Shown here piece after piece: positions 13,985-26,485 of a DNA stretch of 64,000 nt. The stretch spans positions 1 to 64,000 of the forward strand of contig PS015083.1 in the NCBI GenBank assembly GCA_048213135.1, read 5' to 3'. The notes under the pieces were generated by a model, which made no database searches, was not told the origin of the DNA, and saw nothing but the letters and a program-made list of their open reading frames with translations. The stretch is from Reclinomonas americana ATCC 50394 (Eukaryota). Numbering within the stretch: the first letter of the stretch is position 1; every line of letters begins with the position of its first letter. A program made the translations under genes and the position numbers.

Positions 13985-14629
13985 ATGCGTGTCTCTGTCA
14001 TTATTGCTCTGCTGCTGGCCGTGCTGGCCGTTGCTCTCTTCTCCGCTGCCGAGGTCACTGCTCGCCGCATGACGCGCGAGGAGATGCGTGAGGTGCTGCA
14101 GGATTTGGATGGTGAGCTGGCGCGTGAGAGAGAGCGTGTTGTTCACATGCATATGTGCGTGCATGCTCATCGTACGCGTCGTGTGTGTGTGTGTGTGTGC
14201 ATCACAGCGATGGGCTTCTTCGAGGCTGATGAGGACGAAGCCGCCGACGAGTTCTCTGAGTCGTCGTCTGGCAACTACGTGTACGCCAACACCTACAAGT
14301 GCTCGGCTGCGCTCAACCCCGCCAACTCGCCATGGGGCTCATGCGGTCTGCGCACGGTGACGGTCACCATTGCCGGGCAGATCTCGTTCCCACACTCGTT
14401 CAAGCCTGGCTCGGCCACCATCGACGGCCCCAACAGCAAGTACCTTCTGCTGGCCGACGAGACCTACAATGGTGTCAACTACAAGATGATCCAGGTCTTC
14501 GGCGACAAGAAGTACAAGTTCGGCTTCGCCACCAACAAGGACCGCTGGACGTTTGGCAGGAGGGCGCAGCTGACGCTGGTCGGCATCATCGGCGCTCAGG
14601 CGCTGCCTGATCAGGAGCCCAACAACTAA
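13985..14629 (+). CDS. Secreted prepro-protein, paralog 1 (182 aa; exons 13985-14111, 14208-14629)
   Basis: Signal peptide MRVSVIIALLLAVLAVALFSAAEVTA, acidic linker, beta-rich C-terminal domain with 2 Cys. One GT-AG intron. Closely similar to the adjacent copy, with many third-position differences. Confidence 0.85.
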   Translation: MRVSVIIALLLAVLAVALFSAAEVTARRMTREEMREVLQDLDGELARERERVVHMHMCVHAHRTRRVCVCVCITAMGFFEADEDEAADEFSESSSGNYVYANTYKCSAALNPANSPWGSCGLRTVTVTIAGQISFPHSFKPGSATIDGPNSKYLLLADETYNGVNYKMIQVFGDKKYKFGFATNKDRWTFGRRAQLTLVGIIGAQALPDQEPNN

Positions 14630-15133
14630 TATGATGGGGTTGCTGCGAAGGAAGTTGTGCACAATGAACCTGCAACGATTGCAATCTTCCATGTGTAAAC
14701 TTGTGACCATGCACTCGCTCGCGTCACATGGATGCTTGGAATGACGCGCCATCGCAAGAGCATCCATACTCCGGGCTGCTCGCACATGGATATCTCCTGC
14801 AAACAAGGAAAGCGCAGCGGGCGAACAGCAGGAGCATTTGATATTCATGCCAGCAATAGTTAACTGATTGATTGAGTATTAGTAAACTTGTTGTCTCGGT
14901 TTCTTCCTGGTGCTCTCTGACAATGGAGACCGCCATGCTGCTGCCTTGCTGTTGTCGCTCTTGCGGTACAACGCATCGCGCTTACAGTCAATCCCGAACA
15001 CGTGCGCCTTCTCCTTTACAGCTGCTGCTCGCGACAGATATCCGACAAGGAGTCACTCTTCGCCGCCCTTTCCGCTCATTTCTCTCTGTTCCCGTGCGCT
15101 CAGACAAGCAGACAAACAAACAACAAACAAAAC

Positions 15134-15771
15134 ATGCGCGTTTCAATCATTGTGGCTCTTCTGTTGGCCGTGCTGGCCGTGGCTCTCTTCTCCGCCGCCG
15201 AGGTCAATGCCCGTCGCATGACGCGCGCTGAGATGCGTGAGGTGTTGCAGGATTTGGATGGTGAGCACATGTGGTGTCTTTTCATCACGAACGACGTGCA
15301 CAAGCTCAGCATTGTTGCCTCTGCGTGCGTGCATGTGTGTTCGCGACAGAGATGGGTTTCTTCGAGACTGATGAGGACGATGCTGCCGACGAGTTCAGCG
15401 AGTCGTCCTCCGGCAACTACGTGTACGCCAACACCTACAAGTGCTCGGCTGCGCTCAACCCCGCCAACTCGCCGTGGGGCTCATGCGGTCTGCGCACGGT
15501 GACTGTGACCATTGCTGGAGAGATTTCGTTCCCGCATTCGTTCAAGCCCGGCTCGGCCACCATCAATGGTTCCACCAGTCAGTACCTGCTGTTGGCCGAC
15601 GAGACCTACAACAACGTCAACTACAAGATGATCCAGGTCTTCGCCGACAAGAAATACAAATTCGGCTTCGCCACCAACAAGGATCGCTGGACGTTTGGCA
15701 AGAGGGCACAGCTGACGCTGGTCGGCATCATCGGCGCCCAGGCGCTTCCCGAACAGGAGCCCAACAACTAA
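15134..15771 (+). CDS. Secreted prepro-protein, paralog 2 (exons 15134-15260, 15350-15771)
   Basis: Same exon lengths, intron position and phase as 13985-14629. Ends ...GAQALPEQEPNN-TAA. Confidence 0.85.
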
Positions 15772-15918
15772 TGTGACGAGGTTTGCTAGCTACGAGGCAA
15801 GGAGTGAATCGAATGTGGCTTTGGATATCCCAAGACCCCATGGTGGTACTCGACGCCGTCACTCCGTCAACGGGATTCACCCCTCCCGCAACGACATATC
15901 CCAAGACATTCACTTGGC

Positions 15919-17807
15919 TCACAGCGGTTGCACGGTGACCACTGCGCATCGTCGTCAGGCAGCAGTCGTGACAGGTGAAGAGAGACACGATGCATGGTGT
16001 ACCTTTGACACCGCCGGTTGACGGCGACTGAACGCTGTATGTGAACACCCAGCCGCACGCAGCTCCTGCATACTCGCCAGTGTTGGAGAGCACCACGATT
16101 CCACCCTGCAACAGACAGGTGAGTGGGGGGAAAGAGAGAGAGAGAGACACGTGCTTGGAAGCGAGACCTTGAAGGTGGGAAACCGTTTCTTTATCCTCAG
16201 CACTGCAACGCAATCCTCATCCATGAGTAGATGGTGGTTGACATGGAACAGAGAAGCAGCAGCAAGTAACTGGCGTCAGTGGCAGCACTCGCTGGCGACA
16301 TGCCGAGTCGCAGACTCTCCACCGCTGCGATCGCACAGATGAGATGAGGAGCGCGAAGCGCAGAATCGATGATCACCGCCACCAGCACACCTTGATAGCA
16401 CGGCAAGAACCGCATCATAATGTCACCGTCACCAGTGGCTGCACAGCCTCCCACCTGACTGTCGACATATGCTCCACTCCTGCATGCAGCGATAAGTGAG
16501 AGAGGGGAGTACCTCGTGAATGCCCCCGTGCCGACTCACCCAATGATGGGACTGTCACCGACTCGGCCGGCCAACTTGTGGCTGGCGCCATTGGTTGACG
16601 TGCCCGCCGCCATGTTGCCATTCGGACTGAGGACCACCATGCCGATGGTGTCGTGGTTCGGCTCCTCGCTGGTGCCACTCGGCCGGATGTGCGGATTGGC
16701 GCGCATCGGTGTCGGCTGCAGCAGGGACTGAGATTGGGAGAGAACAACAAGAGCACGAAGAAAAAGGCGAGGCAACTGTTCGTGGTTTGACGGGTTTGTA
16801 GGGGCCACACGAGGTGGTGGGATCCGGAGTGACGTTGCGCCAGTAATTCGGCTGGCATCGGTTGGCCTTCCAGTCCGTGTAGATCTTTTGACTCGCCGGC
16901 GTCGACAGCGTAGTCAGTGGGAACCCTGCGTGCGTCGATCACTGCGTGTATGAGCGTCGAGAGAGATAGAAACGAGGAGCACAAGCACACTCACCCATCT
17001 GCACAGCAAAATCGCTGGCACTGTAGCCGACCAGCAGCTGTCGTAAATGCTGCATGAGACTCTCGGGGCACAGACGCACCCATCACCCCACACTCACCGT
17101 CTCCTGCGTGTGCTCCATCACCGCGCGTGCCACGCCAATCGCATTCTTCACGCTGTGCAAGTCGGCCACGGAACCTGCCGCAGCCACCACCCATTGAGAG
17201 AGGAGAGGCTCACCATCAACATCAGCAACAGGCACGAACCACAGTCCATGGTATCGCCCGACATGATCAGCGCTGCCACGACACCACATGAGCTCGAGCG
17301 CACACAAGAGACAACACAACGAGGCGCACACCATCAAGAGTTGTCTCGCCTGCACAGACTCGAAAATCAGCAACTCACAACCTCAAGGATGATCACTCTG
17401 CTCGCACACACGCGTACCGGTCTCATCGGGACTTCCACCATACCCGACAGTACCATCGCACTGCGCAGTCTCACACGCCGCACAACCCTGCACGCACACG
17501 CACAATGAGCCCCCCCCCCCTCCACTCACGACGCGCGCTCTCTCAGCACCTGCTCCACAGCATCCAGCACAGTAGTCACATTGGCTCGCGGTCCAGCAGC
17601 CATCAGCACGTCCCACGCTCGCTGTACAGATGGAGAGAGCGATCAAGAGCTCATTCAGATCCCCGCCACATATCAACAAAGACAGACCTGAGTGGCCACC
17701 ACAAATGGTCCTCCCCATGTGTTGATCACCACTGGCGTCACAGCCGCGCAGTGTACAACTGCCACGCTGAACAGCAGAAGCGCGAGGAGAAGCACCCTCG
17801 TCCTCAT
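15919..17807 (-). CDS. AGA: N4-(beta-N-acetylglucosaminyl)-L-asparaginase (aspartylglucosaminidase)
   Basis: Signal peptide + [49 protein letters not shown] autoproteolysis site, [28 protein letters not shown]. Confidence 0.95.
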
Positions 17808-17868
17808 GATCGCGCGACAAAGACGAGCGAATTTTCCGAGTCATTCAGAGGAGAGAGAGAGGGCCAGG

Positions 17869-19339
17869 ATGCATCGCTCATCGTCCTCCTCCTCCTCCGC
17901 CGAGTCCTCTTCATCTGCGACTGGCTCCCCGTCGTCGCCAACACTGACCGGCTCCTCCTCTGCAGAGGAAGCACTCTCGCCTTCGTCGCCCGCAAGCTCC
18001 TCATCGACAGCGTCGGATCCTCCGCCTGAATCTGCGTCCTCCTCCTCGTCGTCATCGTCATCGCTGCGACACTCGTCGCCAGGTCTGCAAGCCGACACAC
18101 CACCCGTGGTTGTCCTGTCGCAGCCGGCGCGTGTTCATCTCCACCACCACCATCATCATCATCAACATCTCCTGCATCATCACCACCAGCGACATCACTT
18201 GCCGCTGGCGGCCGCGCGTGCGTATCAGATGCTGAGAGGCGCCGGACACTCGACGACCACGACACCGGCTGCCGCAGCCTCGGGCGCCACCAAGGAGGAC
18301 TATGCGAATGCCAGCTTCTGGGATTGTCGGTATGCCGAGTCGCCGTCGGCATCGTTTGAGTGGTTTGCATGGCTTGTGCGCTTGCTGGTCTGTGATGATG
18401 TGCGTCTCTCACGTGGGTGCATGCATGTACGCAGGCTGCAGTCGTGGTCGTCGTTGCACGATGTGCTGCAAAAGTATATGGTGCCGGGCTCCAAGGTGCT
18501 GGAGATTGGCTGCGGCAACTCCAGTTGCGCATCGATGCATATTCTCCCTGCATATTCTCGCCCTCACCCTCTCCCCCTTGTCTGTGGACGCAGATCTGTG
18601 CTCTGAACTAGCCAAGGCCGGCTTTGCGAGTTTCGTGCTGCGCATGTCTGCTGTTGTTGCTGTTGAAGAACTCAACTTGCTCCCAAATGGCAGATGTCAC
18701 CGGCATCGACTTTAGCGCGGTGGTGATCTCACAAATGCAGGAGCGCTACGCACAGCGGTCGGAGATGCAGTGTTGCGTGGTGTGCGCTCTGCGTAGCATG
18801 TGCGCGTGTCCGGCTCTCATCGTGTCGCCGGTGCGCAGTCACCACCATGAACGCAACGTCGCTGCAATTCGATCCAAACACTTTCAACATGGTGATCGAC
18901 AAGGCCACTCTCGACTCCATCATGTGTACGCGACAGGGCGCCGACACGGCACGCGCAGCAGTGCTGGAGGCGCATCGCGTGCTTCGCGACGGCGGCGTGT
19001 ACGTTGTTATCAGGTCTCGTTTCCCCCCTCATCTTTTGCTGACATCTTCTTTGCTCTTCTCACTTGCCCTTTTCCCCCTCGTCGCAGTCACGCGGTTTGT
19101 GGTCATCGCCAATCCTCGCTCCTTTGATCTCCCGGCTCACTCACTTTTGCATGCAGGGTCCGGCGGAGCGCCTGTCGTTGCTGGAGACCGAGGGCACCTC
19201 TTGGCGCGTCGAGTGGACGACGCTGCCGTCTTCGACCGAAGGTCGTTCGCACTACGTGTATGTGGTCAAAAAGTCGCTGCGGCGTTCGCGCTCCACCAGC
19301 ATCGCCTCGCAGCTGTCTCTAACGGGATACCCAACATGA
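17869..19339 (+). CDS. Class I SAM-dependent methyltransferase, EEF1AKMT4/METTL13-N-like, with a Ser/His-rich N-terminal extension
   Basis: DYANASFWDCRY...FEW, VLEIGCGNS, VTGIDFSAVVI, FNMVIDKATLDSIMC, HRVLRDGGVYVVISH, HYVYVVKK. Requires a 7-nt microexon at 19088-19094. Confidence 0.85.
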
Positions 19340-19387
19340 ATTGTGTTTTACTTTTTTGTGGTACGTCTTCTCATCTATTGTCAATGC

Positions 19388-22300
19388 TCATCGCTTCTTG
19401 AACGAGAAGCCGCTCGCCTCTTCCTCCTCGTCGTCGATGACCATGGATGACGTGGTGGTGGCCGCACGCTGCAACGCACACACGATGGGTTTCTTCCCCT
19501 CACAGCACAGCAAAGCACCACGTACCGACAAAGCCTGCTTGGTGGCATCGCTGATCTTGCCGCCCTTGAACAGCTTCTGCTCCACCATCTCCTTGGCCTT
19601 GGCCTTGGCCGCCGCCTTCTTGGCCTCCTCCGCCTTTTCTGCCGCCTGCCCCACCCACACATGAGTGAGCATTCGATTGACTTCATCATCATCACCAGCG
19701 TCGTAGCGTACCAGTCGTGCCTCTCGTGCCTCCGGAGTCTCTGCGTCGACTGGGGCGCGCTTGGGCGTCGCCGGTGCCGCCGACGGCTCAAACGTCGATG
19801 GCGTCGCAGACTGTGTGCACTTGAGTTACGCAGGGAGCAAGAGAAGGTACGGAAGCGGGGAAAAAAACGCACCGACGCAGCCGTCGAGCCCTTGACCGGC
19901 GTCACGCCAATGACGGCATCGAGTGGTGCCTCGGCCACACCCGTCACCTTGTTGGGCGAGAACTTGACAAACTTGCTCTTGCGCGCACTCGCCGGTGTCT
20001 CGGGGGCCTTGCTCGCAGTGGTGCCCTTCTTGGCCGGCGTGCGAGGAGCGGATCCTCGTCGAATCTTGCCGCCCTCCACCTTGCCGCCGCTGCCAAACAC
20101 CATCTCCTGTTCCTCGTCGTCTTCGTCTTCGGGTTCGTCGACAGCCGACTCCACAGGCGCAGTCGTCTTGGCCGCGGTGCTTGGACCGCGCTTCGATGGC
20201 GAGGGGGCTGAGGGCGAAGGCGCACAGTCAGAATGCAGCAAACAAAATGAAGAGTACGTCTCTCTCGTGCGACGACGACTGACCTGTGTCACTGGACACC
20301 GCCACGTCTTCGTCTTCGTCCTCGGAATCCGAGGCAGCGCCACCCGCAGTGGCCGCACTGCCGTGCACAGGTCGTGCCGAGTTGAATGACTCGCGCTGCG
20401 TCACTTGCATGGACGACGCAGTGGCGGTCACCGTCGTGCTCGTCGCGGAACCAGTGTAGCGTGACGCTGGTGCAGCAGCAGCAGTGGCAACAGCAACAGG
20501 CCGAGAGGCCAGTTCGTCCTGCAAGAGGGCAGCGCATGTGGTCAGCCACGCATAATGACCAACGTGTCGCAGATTCCGTAACACACCAACTTGCGCTGCA
20601 GCGCGGCCACTTGTGCGGAGAGCGTCTTTTCCACATTCTTCTGCGCCACATCAACAGCATTCGTGACAATTGCCTGCGTCTCCGCACTGTTCGTAATGCA
20701 TGTAAGTGTGAGCAGCTGAGAGTGGGAGTCTGGCGGCACACACATACACACACTGACCGTCGCATGTTCTCCTCAAAGTGCGCCAGCTGCGCCTCCACAT
20801 GTCGCTCGGCAAACGCAGTGGTGATGCGCTGCGCCACAGCCGGATAATTCATGTGGTGCACCAGTCGGGCAGCGGTCTCTGCAGGCACGTACACCCCGCA
20901 GCATATCGAGTGAGACACACGAGACTGCGGTCATGAATGTGACAGAAACTGCACGCACCAACAGCCTTGTCGGTGCACATCAACAGCGCCAAATCAAACG
21001 CCTTCGTCACATGTTGCTTCTCAATGGCGCTCTGCGACACGGACGAGGAGGTTGAGTTGTGGCGAATCGGACTCCTGTCACCGACAAACGAGTCACCTTG
21101 ATCATGCGCAGCAGCGTCTTGTCAATGGCATTCTCCAACGCCTGCTTGTCTGGCGGGTTGTGCGGGCGGGCGGCCATACACTCCAGACCGAATTGCTGGT
21201 GAATAATGCTGCACAGCACGTGCGGAGGAAAAGAGAGCGCGCGTCAGCAACTACCAGCGCCATGGGAGAATCAGCTGTCTTGTCTCCTCACCCGGCCTCC
21301 TGTCCAGTGAACGCCATGCCCGGATTCAACAGCGGCAGCGACATGGCCACCGAGTTGACAGACGGCGGTCGAACGACGTCCGGGAACGGACGAGACGCCT
21401 GTGCGGTGTGTGCGTACATGTAAGAAGACGATAGACAATTGGCACAGAGACAGCAAGAGCGTACAAACCGTGCACTCGACGACAAACACATCCTGATTCT
21501 CGTGACCAAACACCCAGAGCGGGCGGGCGCCGTTCTGCGACAGTGGGCTGGAACGCAGCTCGCACATGACGGCCCATTGCAGAGGCGTCTTCAGAGGCAC
21601 ACCCCGGACAACGCCAGTGGAATCGGCAGCGATAAAAAGCTGTGTGGGATGTCAGCAGCAGCACGATGTTGAGTCGCAGGCCGGCATGCAACACGCAACA
21701 TTGGGATCCGACTCGGAGAACCCAAGCCATGTCAATGCCGCTCCCGGCGACACAGGCACCACGCCATGATCGACCTGACACCGTGAGCGCATGGCCACGG
21801 CCAAATACTCGAAACCGCCTGTAATGTGGTGAGCAGCGGATGATAGAGAAGGCAGTAAGAACGTCGCGCGCACCGCAATTGTCGTCAAAGACTAGCACCA
21901 GCATGTCGTTGCTGTTGGCCACCACGCACACGGGTTCGCGGTGCACACTGAAGAGGCCGCATTGCACGCCTCCGCTGGTGAGCACACGCACGAACAGCCG
22001 GTTGGTCACGCAAGCGCAAAAGTGCCGGCCGAGACCAATACCCAGTGGTTCCTACACAATGCAATGGCGTGAGTCGGAACACCTCTCACCGCTGCGTGTT
22101 GTGTGCACGCGCACTAACCTCGCCAGGCGACAAGTGCAGCGACCAATCGGCGTCCGGTGTCCACTTGTCAAAGGCGCGGAACATGACCACTGCGGGGTTG
22201 CCGCCGTTGCTGTGACTGGCAAACAAGGCACCCGTCGCCGCTGCGTTCCGTGGCGGTGTCAGCGAGGAGCAGCAATAACGCGCGATGTCACTCTCAGCTC

Positions 22301-24626
22301 ACCCATGGACGCCATGCGCAGGCCGTGATGCTCGGTGAAACGCACAGTGGGGTGCGACTTGTCGGAGAACTCGATCTCCACCGACCACGACGTGTGAGCA
22401 AATGTCGACTTGATGCGACCCAGCAACGTGTAGGCGAGGAACCGACGACCCTCGACTTCAGGAGTGCTGCCGGGGAAGAGAGGCGGGTGTGCCGCGACAC
22501 TCCGCAACCGACCGACTACACGCCACGACATTGTTGAGGGGAGCAATACTTTTGTGCAGACAATAAAACGTGTGTACGCAACCACCGCCGCGGCGCCTGT
22601 GACCACCCGCCTCTGAATCGTCGTCATCGTCGCTATACGCACGTCGCTGGGAGTGTGTGCTCACGGTGAGCATCTAGGTGATTGCAATTCCCTTGGAAGA
22701 GCACATTAACTCTCACCCGTCGCTTCCGCGGTCCTGCGCCAGACAAACCAACCTGCAGGTCCTCATCCTCCTCCGAGTAGCCCTCACCATCCTGTTATCG
22801 CAACATACATGAGTGTGGAGGCTGGCTAGCAGTCATCGAACAAGCACAGTACCTCGTCGTCGCTGGCTTCCTCGGCCTCGTCATTGCTCCAAGCGTCGTG
22901 GTCGCCACCTGTGCGGCGTCGGCGCTTACGAATGCGTCCTGCAGCAGCAACAATCACTTTGTGAGGCATGGACCCGAGCGAAGAGAGTGGAAGCGCATCA
23001 AACGAAACGCTTCTCGGTGCGCTCGTCGCCCGACGACTCGGCGTCGAAATCAAACATGTCGGTGGCAGGCGCGGCAGGTTTCGCACCCGCTGCCTGCGAG
23101 TCGACAGCAGATGCCGATGAAGCATGAGCAGCAGCAGAAACAGCTGCAGTGGGAGCCGCAGCAGAGACGGGAGTGCGGTCCACATCCATCGAGTCGACCT
23201 GCGTGGCGATGACGACTGTAAGATTGATTCACATGCAAGATGAGTACGTCGGGTGGCGCGACTGACCTTGCGCAGCTCCTCCACAGACACGTGCGGCGGT
23301 GGCATGTAGTCGGGAATGACCTCGGGCCAGTACAGTACACGACCATCGCCGTCGGCGGCCGCCAACGCATTGGACACCAGAGACCACACGACTACGAGCA
23401 CCGGCGAGTCGTGCTTGAAGCGATCGAGGCACTCCTTCTTCGCCACGTCCCACACAGAGACAATGTTGTCCATGCCACAGGCTGCCAAGTAGCGCCCAGT
23501 GCCGGAGAATGACACGGCAGAGATCGACTGCGTGTGCACCGAGCCGACCAGCATGGCCTTCAATTCGAATGACCGCGCATCGTACACCTTGATGTCTGGA
23601 GATGCGGTGAGGAGAAGAGGGGAACGAATGCAGAAAAAGCCATTCGAGAGTCGCAACTCTTGCCATCTGGCACCGCAATCGTCTCGCCACGAGGATGCCA
23701 GTCGAAGCGCAGTGAGTCGAGGTCACTGAGAAGCGGCCAATTGAGCAAACACACAAAAGCATGTCGTGCAAATTGTGCACGAAACTCGGGAAGCACTTTC
23801 TGGATCGGCAACGAATGCACCGCTTCACCGCCATCGACGTTCCACACGCGCAGGAATCCGTCGCAGCCGGCCGTGGCCTGTCGGAAAAACATGAGCACGA
23901 CAACGGTGCAGTGCAGGCGGTGAAGACACGCACCACACGCTTTCCGTCGGGCGCAAAGCGCACATGCTTGACCGCGTTGGTGTGTCCACGCAGCGGCGTC
24001 GACTGGCGATGATCAAACGTGCTCACCAACCGCACCAGCGGTTCACTATCACGAGCGACAAGTATAACATTAGCGACACGGACGAGGGCTGATCGCCGCG
24101 CCCCGCACGCAACTCAGAGGCGCACGCCAGAAGTGCGCCACTCGGCGAGAAGCACACGCTGCGCACGGGCTTGGTGAAGCGCGTGACTGTGCCACCGGCA
24201 GTCGACAAGCCCGGCAACGACAGCAATCGCACTCCATGATCCTCGGAACCAGTCGCCAACTGATCGCCCTACTCACACGCACAGACAATCAGCTCCATGC
24301 ACATGCAACTCACCATCGTCGTCGTGCACTGACCTCGGGCGACACGCTGAGGCACGTCACCGCCGCCTCATGCGCAGTCTCCGATCGCTTCACTTGCTCG
24401 AACTCGGCCACCGAGGAGTCACTCGGCTTCACACGGAACGAGCACACGGCTCCGTCGGCGCCACACGTGAACAGCAGACTGCAGTCGCCGGTCAGTCACG
24501 AGCGAGAGAGAGAGAGAGACTGAGGGAGAAAGAGAAGTGGAGCAAGACGTACTTGGGCTGCAGGGGATGAAAGGCCACATCGCCAAAGCCGGCCACATGC
24601 GCAAAGTGCACGGCGACCTCGGGCAT
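19388..24626 (-). CDS. WDHD1: WD repeat and SepB-domain replisome protein Ctf4/AND-1
   Basis: N-terminal WD40 with TRFTKPVR; FPGSTP..RRFLAYTLLGRI, VEIEFSDK, LTWLGFSE; helical DKTLLRMI...AFDLALLM segment typical of Ctf4/Mcl1/AND-1. About 18 frame-consistent introns. Confidence 0.85.
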
Positions 24627-25656
24627 GGTGAGTGCGCTTGTGTGGAGGAAGAAAGTGTGGTGGAAAACCCCCCNNNNNNNNNNNNNNNNNNNNNNNNNNN
24701 NNNNNNNNNNNNNNNNNNNNNNNNNNNNNNNNNNNNNNNNNNNNNNNNNNNNNNNNNNNNNNNNNNNNNNNNNNNNNNNNNNNNNNNNNNNNNNNNNNNN
24801 NNNNNNNNNNNNNNNNNNNNNNNNNNNNNNNNNNNNNNNNNNNNNNNNNNNNNNNNNNNNNNNNNNNNNNNNNNNNNNNNNNNNNNNNNNNNNNNNNNNN
24901 NNNNNNNNNNNNNNNNNNNNNNNNNNNNNNNNNNNNNNNNNNNNNNNNNNNNNNNNNNNNNNNNNNNNNNNNNNNNNNNNNNNNNNNNNNNNNNNNNNNN
25001 NNNNNNNNNNNNNNNNNNNNNNNNNNNNNNNNNNNNNNNNNNNNNNNNNNNNNNNNNNNNNNNNNNNNNNNNNNNNNNNNNNNNNNNNNNNNNNNNNNNN
25101 NNNNNNNNNNNNNNNNNNNNNNNNNNNNNNNNNNNNNNNNNNNNNNNNNNNNNNNNNNNNNNNNNNNNNNNNNNNNNNNNNNNNNNNNNNNNNNNNNNNN
25201 NNNNNNNNNNNNNNNNNNNNNNNNNNNNNNNNNNNNNNNNNNNNNNNNNNNNNNNNNNNNNNNNNNNNNNNNNNNNNNNNNNNNNNNNNNNNNNNNNNNN
25301 NNNNNNNNNNNNNNNNNNNNNNNNNNNNNNNNNNNNNNNNNNNNNNNNNNNNNNNNNNNNNNNNNNNNNNNNNNNNNNNNNNNNNNNNNNNNNNNNNNNN
25401 NNNNNNNNNNNNNNNNNNNNNNNNNNNNNNNNNNNNNNNNNNNNNNNNNNNNNNNNNNNNNNNNNNNNNNNNNNNNNNNNNNNNNNNNNNNNNNNNNNNN
25501 NNNNNNNNNNNNNNNNNNNNNNNNNNNNNNNNNNNNNNNNNNNNNNNNNNNNNNNNNNNNNNNNNNNNNNNNNNNNNNNNNNNNNNNNNNNNNNNNNNNN
25601 NNNNNNNNNNNNNNNNNNNNNNNNNNNNNNNNNNNNNNNNNNNNNNNNNNNNNNNN

Positions 25657-26357
25657 NGTTGCGTGCCAGTTGTTGTTGTTGTCGATGCATGCGGACGTTC
25701 ATTGAACGACGGGGATGCCACGTGTGCAGTCGGCGGCCGCGCATCTCAGTCTGGATGTGACGGAGCTGGGCGAGTGGCGTGATCTGGTGGTGCGCGCGCG
25801 CGGTGTCGCCCTTTTGTGCCAGCTGCATGCTGATTGTCTCTTTCGGGGTACAGAAACGCACACTGTCGCAGCCTGTGTCGCCAACCGCAGAGCATCGATC
25901 GTTGCGTTTCTTTCCCACATGAGAAGTTGTCAGCAGCAGCAGCAGCAGGCAAGCTCATCATGCGGGGGCACAGGCGACTGCTGGCGGCGGTGCAATCGAC
26001 GCGGCGGACGATGCGCGCCACGTTGGTCGCCTTGACCGAGGCACTGCAGCGAGTTGCACCCGCCGTGGCCAAGCTGCAGACCGCCATGAAGCGTGTTCGC
26101 CGCAAGCCGCCCGCACAGAATCGCTCGACGCAAGTTGTTACGCCGACGCAGCGGTGGTGGGACGCGCAGCTGGACCCCGTGCGACGGCTGCAGCAGTTTC
26201 GCATGTTGCGTTTCGTCGCGTCGTGTATGTGCAGTGGAGTGTCGGAGCTCATGTGCTGTGCTGTAGGGTCAGCACGTGGCTGGCGTGGACAGAGCACACG
26301 CTTGCGGTCGTGTGGCGCGCATGGCAGCAGCTCACTGCGTCGGCATGGTGGAGGTGA
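25657..26357 (+). CDS. Hypothetical protein, 3' part (5' end lost in gap)
   Basis: Protein-like exons (HLSLDVTELGEWRDLV; KLIMRGHRRLL...QQFR; MVSTWLAWTEHTLAVVWRAWQQ...WWR-TGA) joined by plausible GT-AG introns. Confidence 0.45.
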
Positions 26358-26485
26358 TGGATGCACACGGATTTGTTGTTCACCAAAAATCGTCTAAGTA
26401 AAATGTAACAAGAGCAAGAAAAAGGGGGAAAAGCACCTAAACAAAAAGAAGCCGGCATCACCACCAACACCAGCACCACGGCTGT

